DNA of 64,000 nucleotides. It comes from the human T2T-CHM13v2.0 reference genome, Homo sapiens. Below the pieces are notes generated by a model. That model was not told where the DNA came from. It did not search any database and saw nothing but the letters and a program-made list of their open reading frames with translations. Made by a program: the position numbers and the translations under genes. Within the stretch, counting starts at the first letter, position 1. Each line of letters starts with the position of its first letter. The DNA lies in the NCBI RefSeq assembly GCF_009914755.1, contig NC_060939.1. One strand, 5' to 3'. Shown here one piece after another: positions 44,935-63,177 of this stretch.

Positions 44935-45770
44935 TCACAGCACATGCAGCATGGCAGGAACGCAGGAAAAACGCCCCAGCAGGCACGGCATGGTGGGAAA
45001 ATATGAAGAAGGTCCCAGCACACACAGCACGGTGGGAAAATGTAAAGAATGTCCCAGCACGCACAGCATGATGGGAAAACATGAAGAATGTCCCAGCATG
45101 CACAGTATGGCAGGGAAAGCCTGAAGAACGCCCCAGCACACACGGCATGGTGGGAAAACATTAAGAATGTCCCAGCATACGCAGTACGGCAGGGAAAGCC
45201 TGAAGAACGCATGCTGGGAAAACGTGAAAAACATCCCAGCACACACAGAATGTTGGGAAAACATAAAGAACATCCCAGCATGCACAGTATGGCAGGGAAA
45301 GCCTGAAGAATACCCCAGTACGTATGGCATGGTGGGAAAACGTGAAAAACGTCCCTGCACACATGGGATGGTGGGAAAACAGGAAGAACGTGGCAGCACC
45401 CACGGCATGATGGGAAAACGTAAAGAACGTCCCAGCATGCACAGTACGGCAGGGAAAGCCTGAAGAACTCCCCAGCAAGCACGGCATGGTGGGAAAACGT
45501 GAAAAATGCCCCAGCATGCAAGGCATGGTGGGAAAACATAATTATAATGTCCCAGCAAGCACAGTATGGCAGGAAAGCCTGAAGAACGCCCCAGCATGCC
45601 CGGCATGGTGAGAACACGGAAAGAACCTCCCAGCATGCAAGACATGATGGGAAAACGTGAAGAACGCCCCAGCACGCATGGCATGGTGGGAAAACGGGAA
45701 GAATGTCCCAGCAAGCCCAGCGCACAGTATAGTGGGAAAAGTATAAAAAGCATCCAAGTACACAACGTGG
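44935..45770. repeat. Diverged 39/40-bp minisatellite, about 21 units of two types
   Basis: Type A cccagcaNNcacggcatggtgggaaaacgtgaagaaNgt. Type B cccagcatgcacagtatggcagggaaagcctgaagaacgc. Confidence 0.93.
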
Positions 45771-46332
45771 GGCATGAAGGGAAACCTGTCTTCTTACAAA
45801 GATGCTATTCAGAAGCATAGGGGCACGCTTCCCTCAAGAGACTTTTCAGGTATTATTTTAAAGATAGTTGAATAGTTTTGCTCACCATGGTGAGTCTCTG
45901 TAGAACAGGCATAAAGGAGCAAATGTAACCAGCAAAGTAAAACTTTATCCTGTCAGCTTGTTAGGAGCTGAAGGTGCAGTGGGTTGGTGCGCGTGGATGC
46001 TACAGCCAGGCCGACTCATGCTTACCCAAGGGAGGCTTGTGGCTGGGGAATAAGTGGTTGTCCATGTGGTGGGTCCTGGAGGTCCTCCCTACCTACCTGT
46101 CCAGTGCTGGAAATTCCACCGACAGAGAGTTATCCCAAGAGACCTGAGAGACCTAAGCCTCGTGCAGCAATGGTAGGTGGCAAGAACTTTCCTCACAACT
46201 TCCTGTCGTTTCTGCCTAATGCTCGGAAAATGTGGACGAGTTTTCAGATGTGACTTCTTTACTGTTCCAAACTCTAGTGCTGATTTGTTTATTATTCCTC
46301 CAAACTACATAAGTATTCATTTTCTTTGTGAA

Positions 46333-48695
<2,363 letters not shown>

Positions 48696-48970
48696 TTCAG
48701 GAATAATTTTAAAATTAATTTCAAACTTAAGTTTTATTTCATAATCTGTTTTCTTCCTATTTGAGTTCCTTGATGAACAAGTAAACAATGCAAAATAAAT
48801 ATGCACATCATGTGAGGCAAATGTATGGCTGTGCTGTCACTATTGATAATGAGGCTTTATAAATTTATCTCTACTGAAGACACTGTCCCTGAAACTATGA
48901 GTGCATCTGTGTCTCCATACAGAGAAGTATTTCCTTATCTCCAAACTACTGTGAAATAAATTAAAATCAA

Positions 48971-49249
48971 GGCCGGGCATGGCGGCTCATGCCTATAATC
49001 TCAGCACTTTGGGAGGCCGAGGCAGATGGATCACCTGAGGTCAGTAATTCCAAGACCAGCTTGGGCAACACAGTGAAACCCCATCTCTACTAAAAATATA
49101 AAAATTAGCCAGGCGTGGTGGTATGCACCTGTAATCCCAGCTACTCAGGAGGCTGAGGCAGGAGAATTGCTTGAACCCAGGAGGCGGAGGTTGCAGTGAG
49201 CCAAGATCACGCTACTGCACTCCAGCCTGGGCAATAGGGTGAGACTCCA
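48971..49249 (+). mobile_element. AluS element lacking a poly-A tail
   Basis: Full Alu body ends at 'gagactccat' and passes directly into unique sequence. Confidence 0.92.
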
Positions 49250-52121
49250 TTACAGTTTAATTCCCAAATTCAGAGAAAGTCATTAAGTAGAAGACAAGGA
49301 ATGCTGTCTTCAGTAAAATAAGGACAGTCCTAAGGCCATCTTCCCAGAGAATGTCACTTTGGCAGAAAATTGTATGACAAGCCTGGGCTGAGCCTCAGCA
49401 AGACCATAGGGTGTACTCACCTCCAGGGTCCTCACCTTTCTTTCCTACCATCGTATTTAAAACCTGGATATCTTAAAAAGGCTCGTCATATGCCATGGAG
49501 GATTGTAGCAATGGTCTGACAGACTGCTCTTTGCCCTCAGTTTTCTACGTGGCTTGGTAGAAACACAGCCAGTGTCTGTCTTGGGTCATATCATATTGTT
49601 TAGTTCAGAATATTTCGATCTAGGACTGTAAGGGCAGGCTTAAAATGATGCAGAGTTAATTCAGATTGTGTGTAAGAAATACACCATGCCTAGGATTTTA
49701 CATTAACACTAATGTGATGCTAGTCAGGAGAGTTAAACTGTTGCAGCATTCATTAAATATTGTCTTAAAAAGAAGAAAAAAAAATAAGTTGAAAGCCAAG
49801 TTCTAAAGAGTGTAATGAAGTACAGTAGCCACATCTTCACTTGAACTATTTTTCTACCTATTCTACTACAACTTAGGTTTTCCACTAGAAATTAAGGTTT
49901 TAGGTTTTACACTTACATCTATGATCCAGTTTGAGTTAATTTGTGGATATAGTGAGAGGTGTGGACTAAAGTTCATTTTTCCTGAATATGAATATACATT
50001 TGTTCCAGGACAATTTGTGGAAAACGCTATCTTGTCTCTGCTGACTTGGCTTTGCACCTTTGTCAAAAATCAGTAGTTCACTTATGGGTGGGCCTGTATC
50101 TACACTCCCTACTTTATTCCATTTATCTATTTGTCTGTCTTGATGCCAAAACCACTGTCTTGGTTACTGAGACTTTATAATAAATCTTGGTGTCAGGAAG
50201 TACTAGCCCTTTCCATTTGTTTTTGTTTTCTTTTTTTGTCATTCTGGATACTCTGAATTTCTGTATAAATTTTAGAATCAGCTTGTCAATTTCTACCCAA
50301 AGAGAAAACCTGCTATAGTTTTGATGGGGATTGCTTGAATTTATAGATTAATTTGGAAAGAATGGATAGCTTAACCATATTGAGTTTTCCAGCCCATAAA
50401 CAAGGTGTACCTCTTAATTTATTTAGATCTTCTTTAATTACTCTGCAGTTTTGTAGTTTTCAGTATATAGGCCTTGCATATGTTTGGTCATATGCAATAC
50501 CGAATACAGCATATGTTTTGTGCTACTGTAAGTGAAATTTTAATTTTAATTTTCAGTTATTTATTGCTAAATATAGAAAACCATTAATTTTTGTATATGG
50601 ACTCCGTATCCTGCAACCTTGTCAAATTTATTTATTTGTAGGAGCTCTTTTGTGGACTGCACCAAATCTTCTACATGGACGATTGTGTCATCCGCAAATA
50701 AAGACTTTTAATTCTTCCTTACCAATATTGATGCTTTGTATTTCTTTTCTTGCATTATCACGTGAGCTACAGCCTCCAATAAAATGTTGAATAAAAATAG
50801 TGAGAACAGATATCCTTGTCTTGTTTCTGATGTTAGAGGGAAATCATTCAGTTATTCTCAATGAAGTATGATGCTAGCTATAGATTCTCAGATGTTCTTT
50901 ATTGGGTTGATGAATTTCTCTTTTATCCTTAGTTTCTTGAGAGATTTTATCAGTAATAGATATCGGATTTTGCCAAATGTTTTTTCTGCATCTATTGAGA
51001 TGATCATATGGTTTTCTCATTTAGTTTGTTAGTATAGTAAATTACATTGATTAATATTTCAAATATAAGAATCTTCCATTCCTGGATAAATTCTACTTGG
51101 TTAAGATGTATTACCTATTTAGATATTGTTAAATTGGATTTACTAATTTTTTAAATATTAAATCTATGTTCACAAGAAATATTTATCTATAGTTGCCTTT
51201 TCTCATACTGGTTTTGTCTAGTTCACATATCAAGGCCTCATAGAATTAATTGGGAAATATTCTCACCTCTTCAATTTACTGTAAAGCTTTGTATAGAATT
51301 GGTATTATAACATTATTTTTTCCTTAATTATTTGGGAGAATTCACCAAAGAAGCTATCTTAGCCTGAGTTGTTTGTTTATGTTTGTTTTGTTCTTTGTGG
51401 GAAGGTTTTTAACTACATATTTGATTCTTTCTATAGATACAGGGCTACTCAGGTTACCTACTTCTTCTTGAGTGAAGTTTTAAAGAGTGTGTGTTTCCAA
51501 AAAATTGTTTATTTTATCTAAGTTGTCAAATAGTTTACATAGAGTTGTCCATGATCTTCTCTAAGAATAGTATTAATGTCTGTATGCTCTGTTGTAATAT
51601 AACAACTCTTATTCTTGATATTAGTAACTTGAATCTTCTGTCTCATTTTCCTCATCAGCTTGGCGAGATGTTTATCAATATTATTGATCTTGTCAAAGAA
51701 CCAGCTTTTGCTTTCGTTGATGTTCCCTATTTTTCTAGTCTGTATATATTTTTTTCTTCTGCTTACTTTTAGTTTAATTTCTCTTTCTGATTCCATAGGA
51801 TAAAGCTGAGGTTATGGATTTGAGACACATCTTTTCAAATACAGGTGTTTAGTGTTATAAATTTCCTTCTAAATACTGCTTTAGAGTAGGGACTAGCACA
51901 CGTGGAGCTGGAATATAGCCATATCCATTCATTTATGTGTTGTCTATGGCTGCTTTCTTGCTATATAGTGGTGCAGCTGAGTAATTGCAATGGAGACCAT
52001 ACAGCCCACACGTCTATAAAATTAACTATATATGGCCTTTTAAGAAGTCTACTGACTTCTGCTATAGAGGAATCCCACAAATTCTGATATGTTCTGTTTT
52101 CACTATAATTCAACACAAAAT

Positions 52122-52510
52122 TGCTCAGGACTGAATTGTGTTTCCCCGAAAGTACTGTGGCCAAAGCCCTACCTCGCCCCCTCAATGGGGTGGTATTAGG
52201 AGATGGAGTCTTTTGGAGGTGATAGGGCTTAGATGAGGTCATGAGGGTGGAGCCCTCACACTGGGATTAATGCCTGTATAAGAAGAGACACCAGAGAGCT
52301 TCATCTCTGCCTCTTCTCCCCGCCTCCCTGCCACATGAGGACACAGTGAGAGAGCGGCCATCTGCAAGCCTGGAAGACAGCCCTCACCAGGGAATGAGAT
52401 CCACTGGATCTTGAACTTTCTAGCCTCCCGACTGTGAGGAATAAATTGCTGTTATTTAAGCTGCCCAGTCTATGGTATTTGGTTATCGCATTCCAAGCTG
52501 ATGAGTACAA
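52122..52510 (+). mobile_element. MaLR LTR (MLT1A-like)
   Basis: 'ttagatgaggtcatgagggtggagccctc', 'gccatctgcaagcctggaagacagccctcacca', 'aataaattgctgttatttaagc'. Confidence 0.85.
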
Positions 52511-53086
52511 AAATACTTTCTAATTTCAATCTCACTTTCTTCTTTGACCCTTGGATTACTGAAATGTGTGTTATTTAGTTTCCAGATATTTGAGGATTTT
52601 CCACATATCCTTGTTATTATATTCTAATTTAATTCAACTGTGGTCACAGAAAATATTTTATATTACTTGAATCTTTTTAAGTTTATTGAGATCTGTCTTA
52701 TGGCCTAGAATCCATTTCGGTTAATGTTTCAAGTGCAGTTGGAAAAACATATACATTCTTCTGATATTGAGTGGCGTTTTCTATAAATATCAACTAGGTC
52801 ATGTTAGTTAACAATAATGAAGTTTTCTATATCCTTGTAGATTTTCTCTCTACTTGTTCTTTCAATTATTGTGAGAATTGTACTGAACTCTCCAACTATA
52901 ATTAAGGATTTATCTATTCCTCCTGCAGTACTATCAAGTTTCACATATTTTAAAGCTCTGTCATTGGTTGTATAAATGTAATTTTTATGTTCACTATATG
53001 AATTTACCCCTTTATTATGATGAAATGTTCTTTAATCCTAGAAATATTCTTTGCTCTGCAGTCTACTTTGTCAGATATTAATATAG

Positions 53087-53495
<409 letters not shown>

Positions 53496-53524
53496 TAAAC
53501 TTGTGTCTTGTAAGCAGCATAATG

Positions 53525-53843
53525 CAGATGTTCCCTGACTTAATTTGGTTCCATTTACAATTTTTCAATTTCACAATGGTGCAAAAGCATCTCAACTTTG
53601 ATGTAATGTACAATATTCAATAAGTTACATGAGCTATCCAGCACTTTATTATAAAGTAGACTTTGTGTTAGATTTTGCCCAACTATATGCTAATGTAAGT
53701 GTTCTGAGCACATTTAAGGTGGGCTTAGGCTAAGCTATGATGTTCAGTAGGTTAGGTATATTAAACACATTTTGGCTTATGATATTTTTAACTTACAGTA
53801 AGTTTATCTGGATGTAATCCCAAAGTTAGCTGAGGAGCATCTA
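53525..53843 (-). mobile_element. TcMar-Tigger MITE (MER47A-like)
   Basis: Terminal inverted repeats 'cagatgttccctgactta' and 'tagctgaggagcatct'. Internal 'taggctaagctatgatgttcagtaggttagg'. Confidence 0.75.
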
Positions 53844-54159
53844 TAGTTGGATGGGGCTTGTTTGTTTGATCTGACAATCCCTGCTTTTTAATTGGGATAT
53901 TTAAACTATTTATATGTTATGTAATTATTAAATATAGTTAGGTTTAACTCTTGCAATTTGTTTTATATTTGTTCCACCATTTCTTTGCTTCCTTTTGCCT
54001 TTTTTCTAAATTCCATTCCATTAAATAAATACTATTTATGATTCCACTTATATTCTTTGTTGGCATTAGCTGTTACTCTTTGTTTTTCCTTTTAGCGGTT
54101 GCTTTAGAGTTTATCATATACATTTTTAACTTTCACGGACTACCTTCAAATTATATTAG

Positions 54160-54503
<344 letters not shown>

Positions 54504-54617
54504 CACATTAATATACTTTAATTTCTTCCCTTCCAGGCTTTATTTTATTGTTGTCATCAATTCTACTTACATGTTACATTACTGTTTTCTTTAAACAATT
54601 ATCTCAAAGTGGCTTAA

Positions 54618-54918
<301 letters not shown>

Positions 54919-57836
54919 AGTAATTTTTTAAATTATGTGAATTTCCCCATGTAGTTACCCTTTTCAGTATTCTTCATGACTTTGTGAAGATCCATGTTTC
55001 CATTTGGTGTTATTTTCCTTCTGCCTTAAGGACTTCCTTTAGTATGTCTTACCATGTGGGTCTGCTGCTGATGCATTCTTTTTAGCTTTTCTATATGAGA
55101 AAAAGTCTGTTTTTTGTACATAAGAAAAAGATTTTCACCGGGTGTAGTATTCTGAGATCACAGGTGTTTTCTTTCAGTATTTAAAGGTATTGCTCCGTTG
55201 CCTTCACACGTGCATTATCTCTAAAGAGAAATATATTGTCGTCTTTATCTCTGTTTCCTCGCCTGTAACATGTCTTTTTCTTTGGAAACTAAGATTTTCT
55301 CTTCATCTTGCTTTCAAATAATTTGATTATGATGTGTCTTACTGTAGTATTCTACGTGTTTCTTGGGCTCTGGCTTCATTGAACTTCTTGATTCTGTGGG
55401 TTTATACCATTCATAAAATTTGGAATTTAGGACCATTTTTCAGATGCCTTTTTCCGTTCCCCTCTCTCCTTCAGAGATGAGAATTGCATATGTTAGGCCA
55501 CTTGAAATTTTCCCATAGCTCACTAATGCTTTTCAGTCCTTGTTATTATCTTTTTACTCCATTTCATTTTGGATTTATGTCTTCATTAATCTTTCCTTAT
55601 GTAATATTTAATATGCCACTAATCCCAGCAAGTGTATTTCTATCTCAGACATTGTAATGTTCATGTCTAGATGTTTGATGTGGGGCTTTTTTAATATCTT
55701 TAATGTTGCTACTTGGTGAATATCTGTAACACCATTATAATAACACTTTTAATGTCCTAGTCTGCTAATTCTAACACCTGTGCCTGTTCTACGTTAGTTT
55801 CAAATGGTTTGTATCATCGCTGTCATAGGTTATATTTTCTTGCTTCTTTACATGCCTGATAATCAGTGATTGGTTGCCAGACATTGTAAATTTTACCCTG
55901 TGTGTTGTTGAATATTTTTGTATCACTCTAAATATTCTTGACATTTGTTCTAGGATGCAGTTAAAATACTTAGAAACAGTTTGGTTCTTTGGGGTCTTAG
56001 TTTCAAGATTTCTTAGGTGGAAGCAGAGCAGTGTTCAGTTTATAGTTAATTACCCCTCATAACTGAGGCAAGACACTTGTGAGTACTCTACCCAGTGCTC
56101 CATAAATTAAGAGGTTCCAGTCTGCCTGGCAGAACAGATATCATTACTATTCCTGTCGTGTGCGTCAAGCACTTGTCCCTCTCATCTTTCTGGGTTGTTC
56201 TCCCCGGGTCTCATGTAGTCTCCTCGCATGAATGCACTGATCTGAACACTCTGCTGAACACTCCAAAGGGACCCTCTGAGGATCTCTGTGGTTCGGCTGT
56301 GTCCTCTCTGGACTCTCGCTGCCCTGGTCTCCCCAGACTTTCAGCTTCATCCTCTCAACTCAGGGGGTGTCATGGGCTTGGCCAGGGTCGTCCCTCCCTG
56401 CACTGCACTCTGGAAGCTCTCTTGAGGTAGTGAGCTGGAGCAGTCATAGAGCTCACCGCATTTGTTTCCCGTCTCACAGGGATCACTGTCCCTTTGTGCC
56501 TGTTATCCAGTGACTTGGTTACCATTGTTCCATGTGTTTTGTCTGGTTTTGGTTTATTTTTGTTTTGTTTGACTATCCCAGGCAAGAGAGTAAATCCAGG
56601 CCCTGTTATTCCATGTTGGCCAGAAGCAGAAGCTGTGCTGTCTTTTGTACTCATCTATATCCACATACAAACACTCTAGGATGCTATTTGCACCAAAATA
56701 TTAAAAGAATTTACCTCTGGTTTTTGGAATTATGAATTTTTATTGTATGTGCATGTGCATGTCTGTGAGACTTCTGTTTTCTACCAAAAAAAGTATTACC
56801 TGTTTATGGAATGAAACTAACAATACAATTTTTTTCTAAAAATACTTCTATTCCATGAGCATGAGCTCCATCCTGGATAACAGGTGCCCCTAGCATAAAC
56901 TGCAGGGTCTGTTACCACCTGACATGCTCCAGGGTGGCATGACCATGGCTGCACACCTCAGTTCACATGGCAAAGTTGGTGAAGTGTTGCCAAGCAGTTT
57001 CCCACGGCAGCTAGGGAATGCAGAGCCATACCCAGAACCTCTGGAGCGCACTGCTTCCATGAAGCGGCCATTAACACCCTGGAGCCATGGATTCTCAAAT
57101 GTTTAAATATTTTTATGGAACACAGCGTTCAAATACAAACACACTGCTACCCTTCAGGCACACACACACACAAACACATCATCTACAAGAAATAACACCA
57201 ATGTGGAAGCATTTTCACTGATGCCTCAGAGGAGGAAGATTGAGAAAATTCTAATGATCAAAGAGTAGAGAATAAAAATTAATGATATAGTTCAATTTTC
57301 ACCTTGAAGATATGTAGAATACCTTGCACTTTCTAATACTTTGTCTTTATTACAGTATACAAAGAAATTATACCCTAATATTTATATGGGGCTTTCAAAG
57401 AATTTCTAAAGACATTCATTTCTGACCCTTAAAAAATAAATTTTAAGTCCTTCATCAGTAAACTAATCCACCACAGTTTGGGAATCCCATATCTCCAGTG
57501 AGAGGGAACAGGTCATTTTGTTTTTAATGTAGGTTGGAAGAAACCTCAGTTCCTATTAATACAATTAATATAACATACTATGACTAACTACATCATGCTA
57601 TCCAGTCATTTCTTTAAAAACTGATCAGAATGAGTATGAAGTCAATTCAAGCCAGTTAACTCTAGGATTGAAGGACCAGTCACCTAACATCCCAGTCTTG
57701 AGATGCCCAGTAGCACTTACTGTGAAGAGGTGGCGTGATGATCTTGATTTCTAACAAAGGCGTCCATGTGGGGTAGAGCTCTAACTAAGTGGAGGTGTGC
57801 GTTTACTGGAAGCAACCCTAGCATGCTGGTACGTAC

Positions 57837-57975
57837 CATCTTCCTCAGCTCTTGGTTGGAAACAATAATGACATTTGGAGGGTCCCCGATGGCAGTGGCA
57901 GCTCCTCCAATGTTTGTGAAGATCACTTCTGCAATCAGGACTTGTCTTGGATCAAGGTTGAGCACCTCACACAAC
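57837..57975 (-). CDS. OCA2: OCA2 exon 14 (139 nt; [46 protein letters not shown])
   Basis: ORF 57717..58160(-) contains the [14 protein letters not shown] transporter motif. Acceptor gacAG|G, donor ATG|GTACGT. Confidence 0.98.
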
Positions 57976-58870
57976 CTGTCACAAATGGAAGAAAATGAAA
58001 GTAGTCCCACTATACACATCGTGAAAGGCCCACATGCAACCCAGAGATTTTTAAGGCGCTTGCTCGTATAAGGGAGGCGCGCACACACACACACCCCTGT
58101 GGGGAAGGCAGTGCTGGGGGGAATGAACAACTGCAACAACCCCCGCAGGCCACAGCTCACTCCGAGAGTTACATTCCTTTCCAGAGTGAGCCTCCAGCCA
58201 CCAAACCCTCGGTGTGGTCAGGTACCCTTTCCCCAATGCTCCCAGGTCTGGAGGGAGCACTGGCCCCCAGGGCAGGGCAGGCCCTCCACAGGCAAGCCAG
58301 TGCTGTGGGGGTCAGTGTGGAGGCAGTGCGGATGGCTCACACAGGGCCTGCTGACTCAGCCCCTTTCCCACCTCCCCCTTCCTGGACACCAAGGCCCTAG
58401 GCTCTCTTCTCACCCCCTCCCTTTGTTTTATTCATCTATGTATTTTCTATGTATTTACTTTGTATTGCTATAAAACATACTAGATATATATATACATACA
58501 TACATTTTCAGGGTGCATATGATAATGTAATAATTCACATAATCAAACCAGGTAACTAGGATAACCATCCCCTTAAATATCAATCTGTTCTTTACCCTGG
58601 GAGCATTCCAGTTATTCTCTTCTAGCTATCTTGGAGTGTACAATCAATTCATGCTAACTGTATTCACCCTACAGATCTGTCTAAGCCACATTCTACAGCT
58701 GTGGAGCTCCACCATGGCCTCACACTAGATTTGTGCTGGAATCTGGGAGTCCTACGACTCGCCCAGCGCAGACCAGTGCCTGGGAGTGGGCCCGGGCAGT
58801 GGTGCTCTACAGCTCCCCAGGGGACCCAGTATGCACACAGCTGGGAAACATTGCTCTAAAGAAAGTGTAG

Positions 58871-59286
<416 letters not shown>

Positions 59287-59555
59287 TGAGACCACAATCT
59301 CCAGGAAAGCAAGGCCTATGTCTTCCACCTCCTGCAGGCATTTCTGCCACCAGCTTCTGAGGCCCCACTGCTTGTAGCATGTACTGCAGTCACACAAAGC
59401 AGACACGAGCTGGACTGGAATGCAGTGAGCTGTGGGCTCAACTGCCCCCACCTTTTCATGCACCTGAGAATGGAACCTGGAGCCAGGCAGTGCAGGCAGA
59501 GCCCCTGCCTGCCAGAACCTGGCCGCAACTCCCACGGCAGAGGTGCTTTGCGTAC

Positions 59556-59680
59556 CTTATGGTCACAGGCGTGAAGAGGAGCATGGTGGTGACGTTGTCC
59601 AAGAAGGCAGAGAGGACGGCCGCGATGAGACAGAGCATGATGATCATGGCCCACACCCGTCCCCGGGAGAGCCGGTATGC
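59556..59680 (-). CDS. OCA2: OCA2 exon 13 (125 nt; [42 protein letters not shown])
   Basis: ORF 59456..59692(-) contains the ArsB/NhaD-like SAFLDNVTT motif. Acceptor ggccAG|GCA, donor AAG|GTACGC. Confidence 0.98.
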
Positions 59681-60187
59681 CTGGCCACACACACACAGAG
59701 AGAGTACAAGCCAGAGTGAGCAGGCTCGTAGAACAGAGGCAGCCTTTCATTAGTGACTTTAAGAACAGGGAGCCAAACTAACATTACCCCATGGGTTAAG
59801 ACATAGACCCACGGAGTCCTAGGGGGGCCGAGATGAGACAGTGCTGGCCATCGAAGTTCCTAGACATTCTAAATCCTCCCTAGCCAGCACTGTCACCCCT
59901 CTGATCCTCTTCCTTCACAGAGCCCCTGTGATGGTTAATTTGTCACAAGGTGATGACCCTCAGTCCCCGTAATGCCATCGGTATTCTGGTTAGACAACCT
60001 GGGCTTTGACATTTGGGATCCATGTGAGCCTAGTGTCTGCTGATCTCTGGGGAACTAAGGGATACTTTTAATAGTAAGGAGTAATAGACCAAATATCTAC
60101 CTGGCATGTATAAGGTGGGGCTCAAAGATGACAAAAATCACAGCACAGTTCCATCATTCAGAGTTTGCAAAGGGCTTTGTTGAGTAA

Positions 60188-60495
<308 letters not shown>

Positions 60496-61078
60496 TTAAA
60501 AAGACCTTTTCAGTTTCAAAAATAATATATATTCAAGCACAGCACTAGACTGCATTAGCAGGGCATGGTACATGTTGAGCTCTCCTCTTGCCAACCCTGA
60601 ATGACAGGACAGGTACAAATCCTGGAGGCCAGAGCTGGCTGGTGAAGCTCCCCAGGGTTCCAGTTAAAAATGTAAATGTGTATATATTCAATATTTAGGA
60701 AGTAATCATGGAAATTATTTCACCAAAAAGCAAAGTAATCAGAAGCTAATGGCTTGAAATATTGGGATACTCTAATATGTAAAACAATTTTTGATGTGTA
60801 GCTCTCACCAGACAATTTAAATAATACACAACGATTCAACCTGAGTACCCTTTTCCTTGACCTCCTTCTTCATTTATTTACTGAGCAGCTGAAAGTGCTG
60901 CTCAGAGCCATACAACTTAACATAGCAAGTATACCCTGCCCTGCAGAAGCAACCTTTAAAAGAAGGATGGAATTTTTCAATGTTTGTTTTAAATGTTTGT
61001 TTCCTAAATATATAATGTCAGAAAAATACATATATAAATTAATCAGGATAGAATTATTAAATGCAACATCATACCTAC

Positions 61079-61135
61079 CTTTACAGCACAATAATCGAAA
61101 AATCCCGTTTCTGAAAATATGGCTACTAAGATCAT
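61079..61135 (-). CDS. OCA2: OCA2 exon 12 (57 nt; MILVAIFSETGFFDYCAVK, about aa 395-413)
   Basis: Minus-strand translation matches the P protein. Acceptor ...ttccccgtAG|ATG, donor AAG|GTAGGT. In phase with exon 13. Confidence 0.96.
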
Positions 61136-61929
61136 CTACGGGGAAAAGAAGAAGACAAGGATAATCTTTTAGCAGGACACCATATTAAAACGACATCAGC
61201 ATGATCCCTTACACATTTGAGCTCTGGCCTCTGAAAGCCACCACATCACCAAGCTCCTCACTCTGAGATGCAGAAAGACCGTCACTTCCTGGAATAGTAC
61301 ACTCACTCACTCCTTGAATGGAGCCTCTTGCTAGCAGTTTTGTGCCTATATGTGTGTCCAGGGATTTGTCCTCAAGGCACATTACCATCCCATCTGATCC
61401 TCACACACAAAAAAATCAGGTGTTATTTTCACCCTCTGTTTTATAGACTAGAAAATGGGATCAGAGTGCGAGGTGGGTTGCTCACAGCCACAAATCTAGA
61501 AGCCGGGCGGGAGCCAGCATGTGGCCTTCTGCACCTACGTGTCCACACAAGCAACACTTAAACATTCTATGATGCTAAAATTGGGTTCAATTTTGTTTTC
61601 TAAAATAATTAAACTGATTTTTGTCACCAATTTGAGAGTTTTATTGAAATGATTGCTCCCTGGGTTCCAGGTGAACCCAGAATGCCTATCACCTGTTTCT
61701 TTCCAGTGAGGATGATGAGTTAGTGAAAACAGAAACAGCCATCCTGGATCCTAATAAAAAGTCATGTCCCAGTTATTCTGAATTTTATCAACCAGACATC
61801 TCAGCTAGTGAATGTTCTGGAAGTTCCTCTGCTTCACCTCTTTGATGGCAGTCACCATGTGTTGAACTTGGAATGAGAAGATGCAAGTTCAGATCCTGAT
61901 TCTGCCACTTAAAAATAGTCTGAACTTGA

Positions 61930-62230
<301 letters not shown>

Positions 62231-62799
62231 GTCCGAACTTGAACAAAAATATGAATTAACCTTTCTGTCCTTCAGTTTTCTCACCTTACCTGTGAATGTT
62301 CTATACTTTGTCAGGTTATGAAAATGCAATATAATTATTCAAATTACAATACTCAGTAAACAGGAGTCCCAACAGACACTATTGTCTCTCAAATAAACTA
62401 TAGAAAACAAAAATGTCCCCAGTCAATTTAGACCCAGTGTAAATATCCACCATGTCCAGAGTGACCATCAATGTTCATCCTCACCCAAAAGGCCACTGAG
62501 AGCTGACGGTGGAGCGTGGGGCTTCGCACACCAATGTAGCTTCACGTGAATACGCATGAGGAGACAGGCGTGTGGAGACCCATGTGGTGTTTTACACATT
62601 TGCTGACAGAACCACCCTGGGAGACTAGAACTCAGGGATGGGGGTAAATGGTCCCATGGGTGGTTGGCTGCCAGGAAATGGGGGAGAAGAGGCAGGGACC
62701 TGGTTGTAACGACCCTGTACCCTGCAGTTCCAGAATCACAGAACCTGCCAGTGCTCGCTGAACTGAATTCCACCGAGAAAAACGTGCTGAAGCCATTTT

Positions 62800-63177
62800 T
62801 ATAGGCTGTGTCCCCCAAAATTCATATGTTCACCTCCTAGCCCCTAGTACCTGGGAATGTGAGACTGTATTTGGAGTGAGGGCGTTGAAGGAGGTAATTA
62901 AATTAAAATGAGGTTGTTAGGGTGAGCCCTCATTCAGTGTGACTGATGTCCTTATAGGATGAGGGTCTCAGGAATCAGAAACACACGGGGAAGACAAAGT
63001 GAAAACGCTGGGAGAAGGTGCCATCTACAAGCCCAGGAGGGAGGCTCAGGAGAAAGCATGCCTGCCCACACCGTGATCTCAGACTTGCAGCCTCCAGAGC
63101 TGTGAGAAAATACATTTATATTATTTAAGCCACACGGTCTGTGGTACTTTGTTACATAGTCCTAGCAAACTAATATA
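62800..63177 (+). mobile_element. MaLR LTR (MLT1B-like)
   Basis: 'gtcccccaaaattcatatgtt', 'ccatctacaagcccaggag', 'ctagcaaactaatata'. Confidence 0.85.

Noticed and set aside
42305-45770. CRISPR-like appearance of the two arrays
   Set aside because: The units are head-to-tail with no unique spacers, there are no cas genes, and the context is a human intron.
44507-45820. Long Cys/Phe-rich ORFs (213, 276 and 313 aa)
   Set aside because: They are open in several overlapping frames across a 39-nt minisatellite, which is a repeat artefact.
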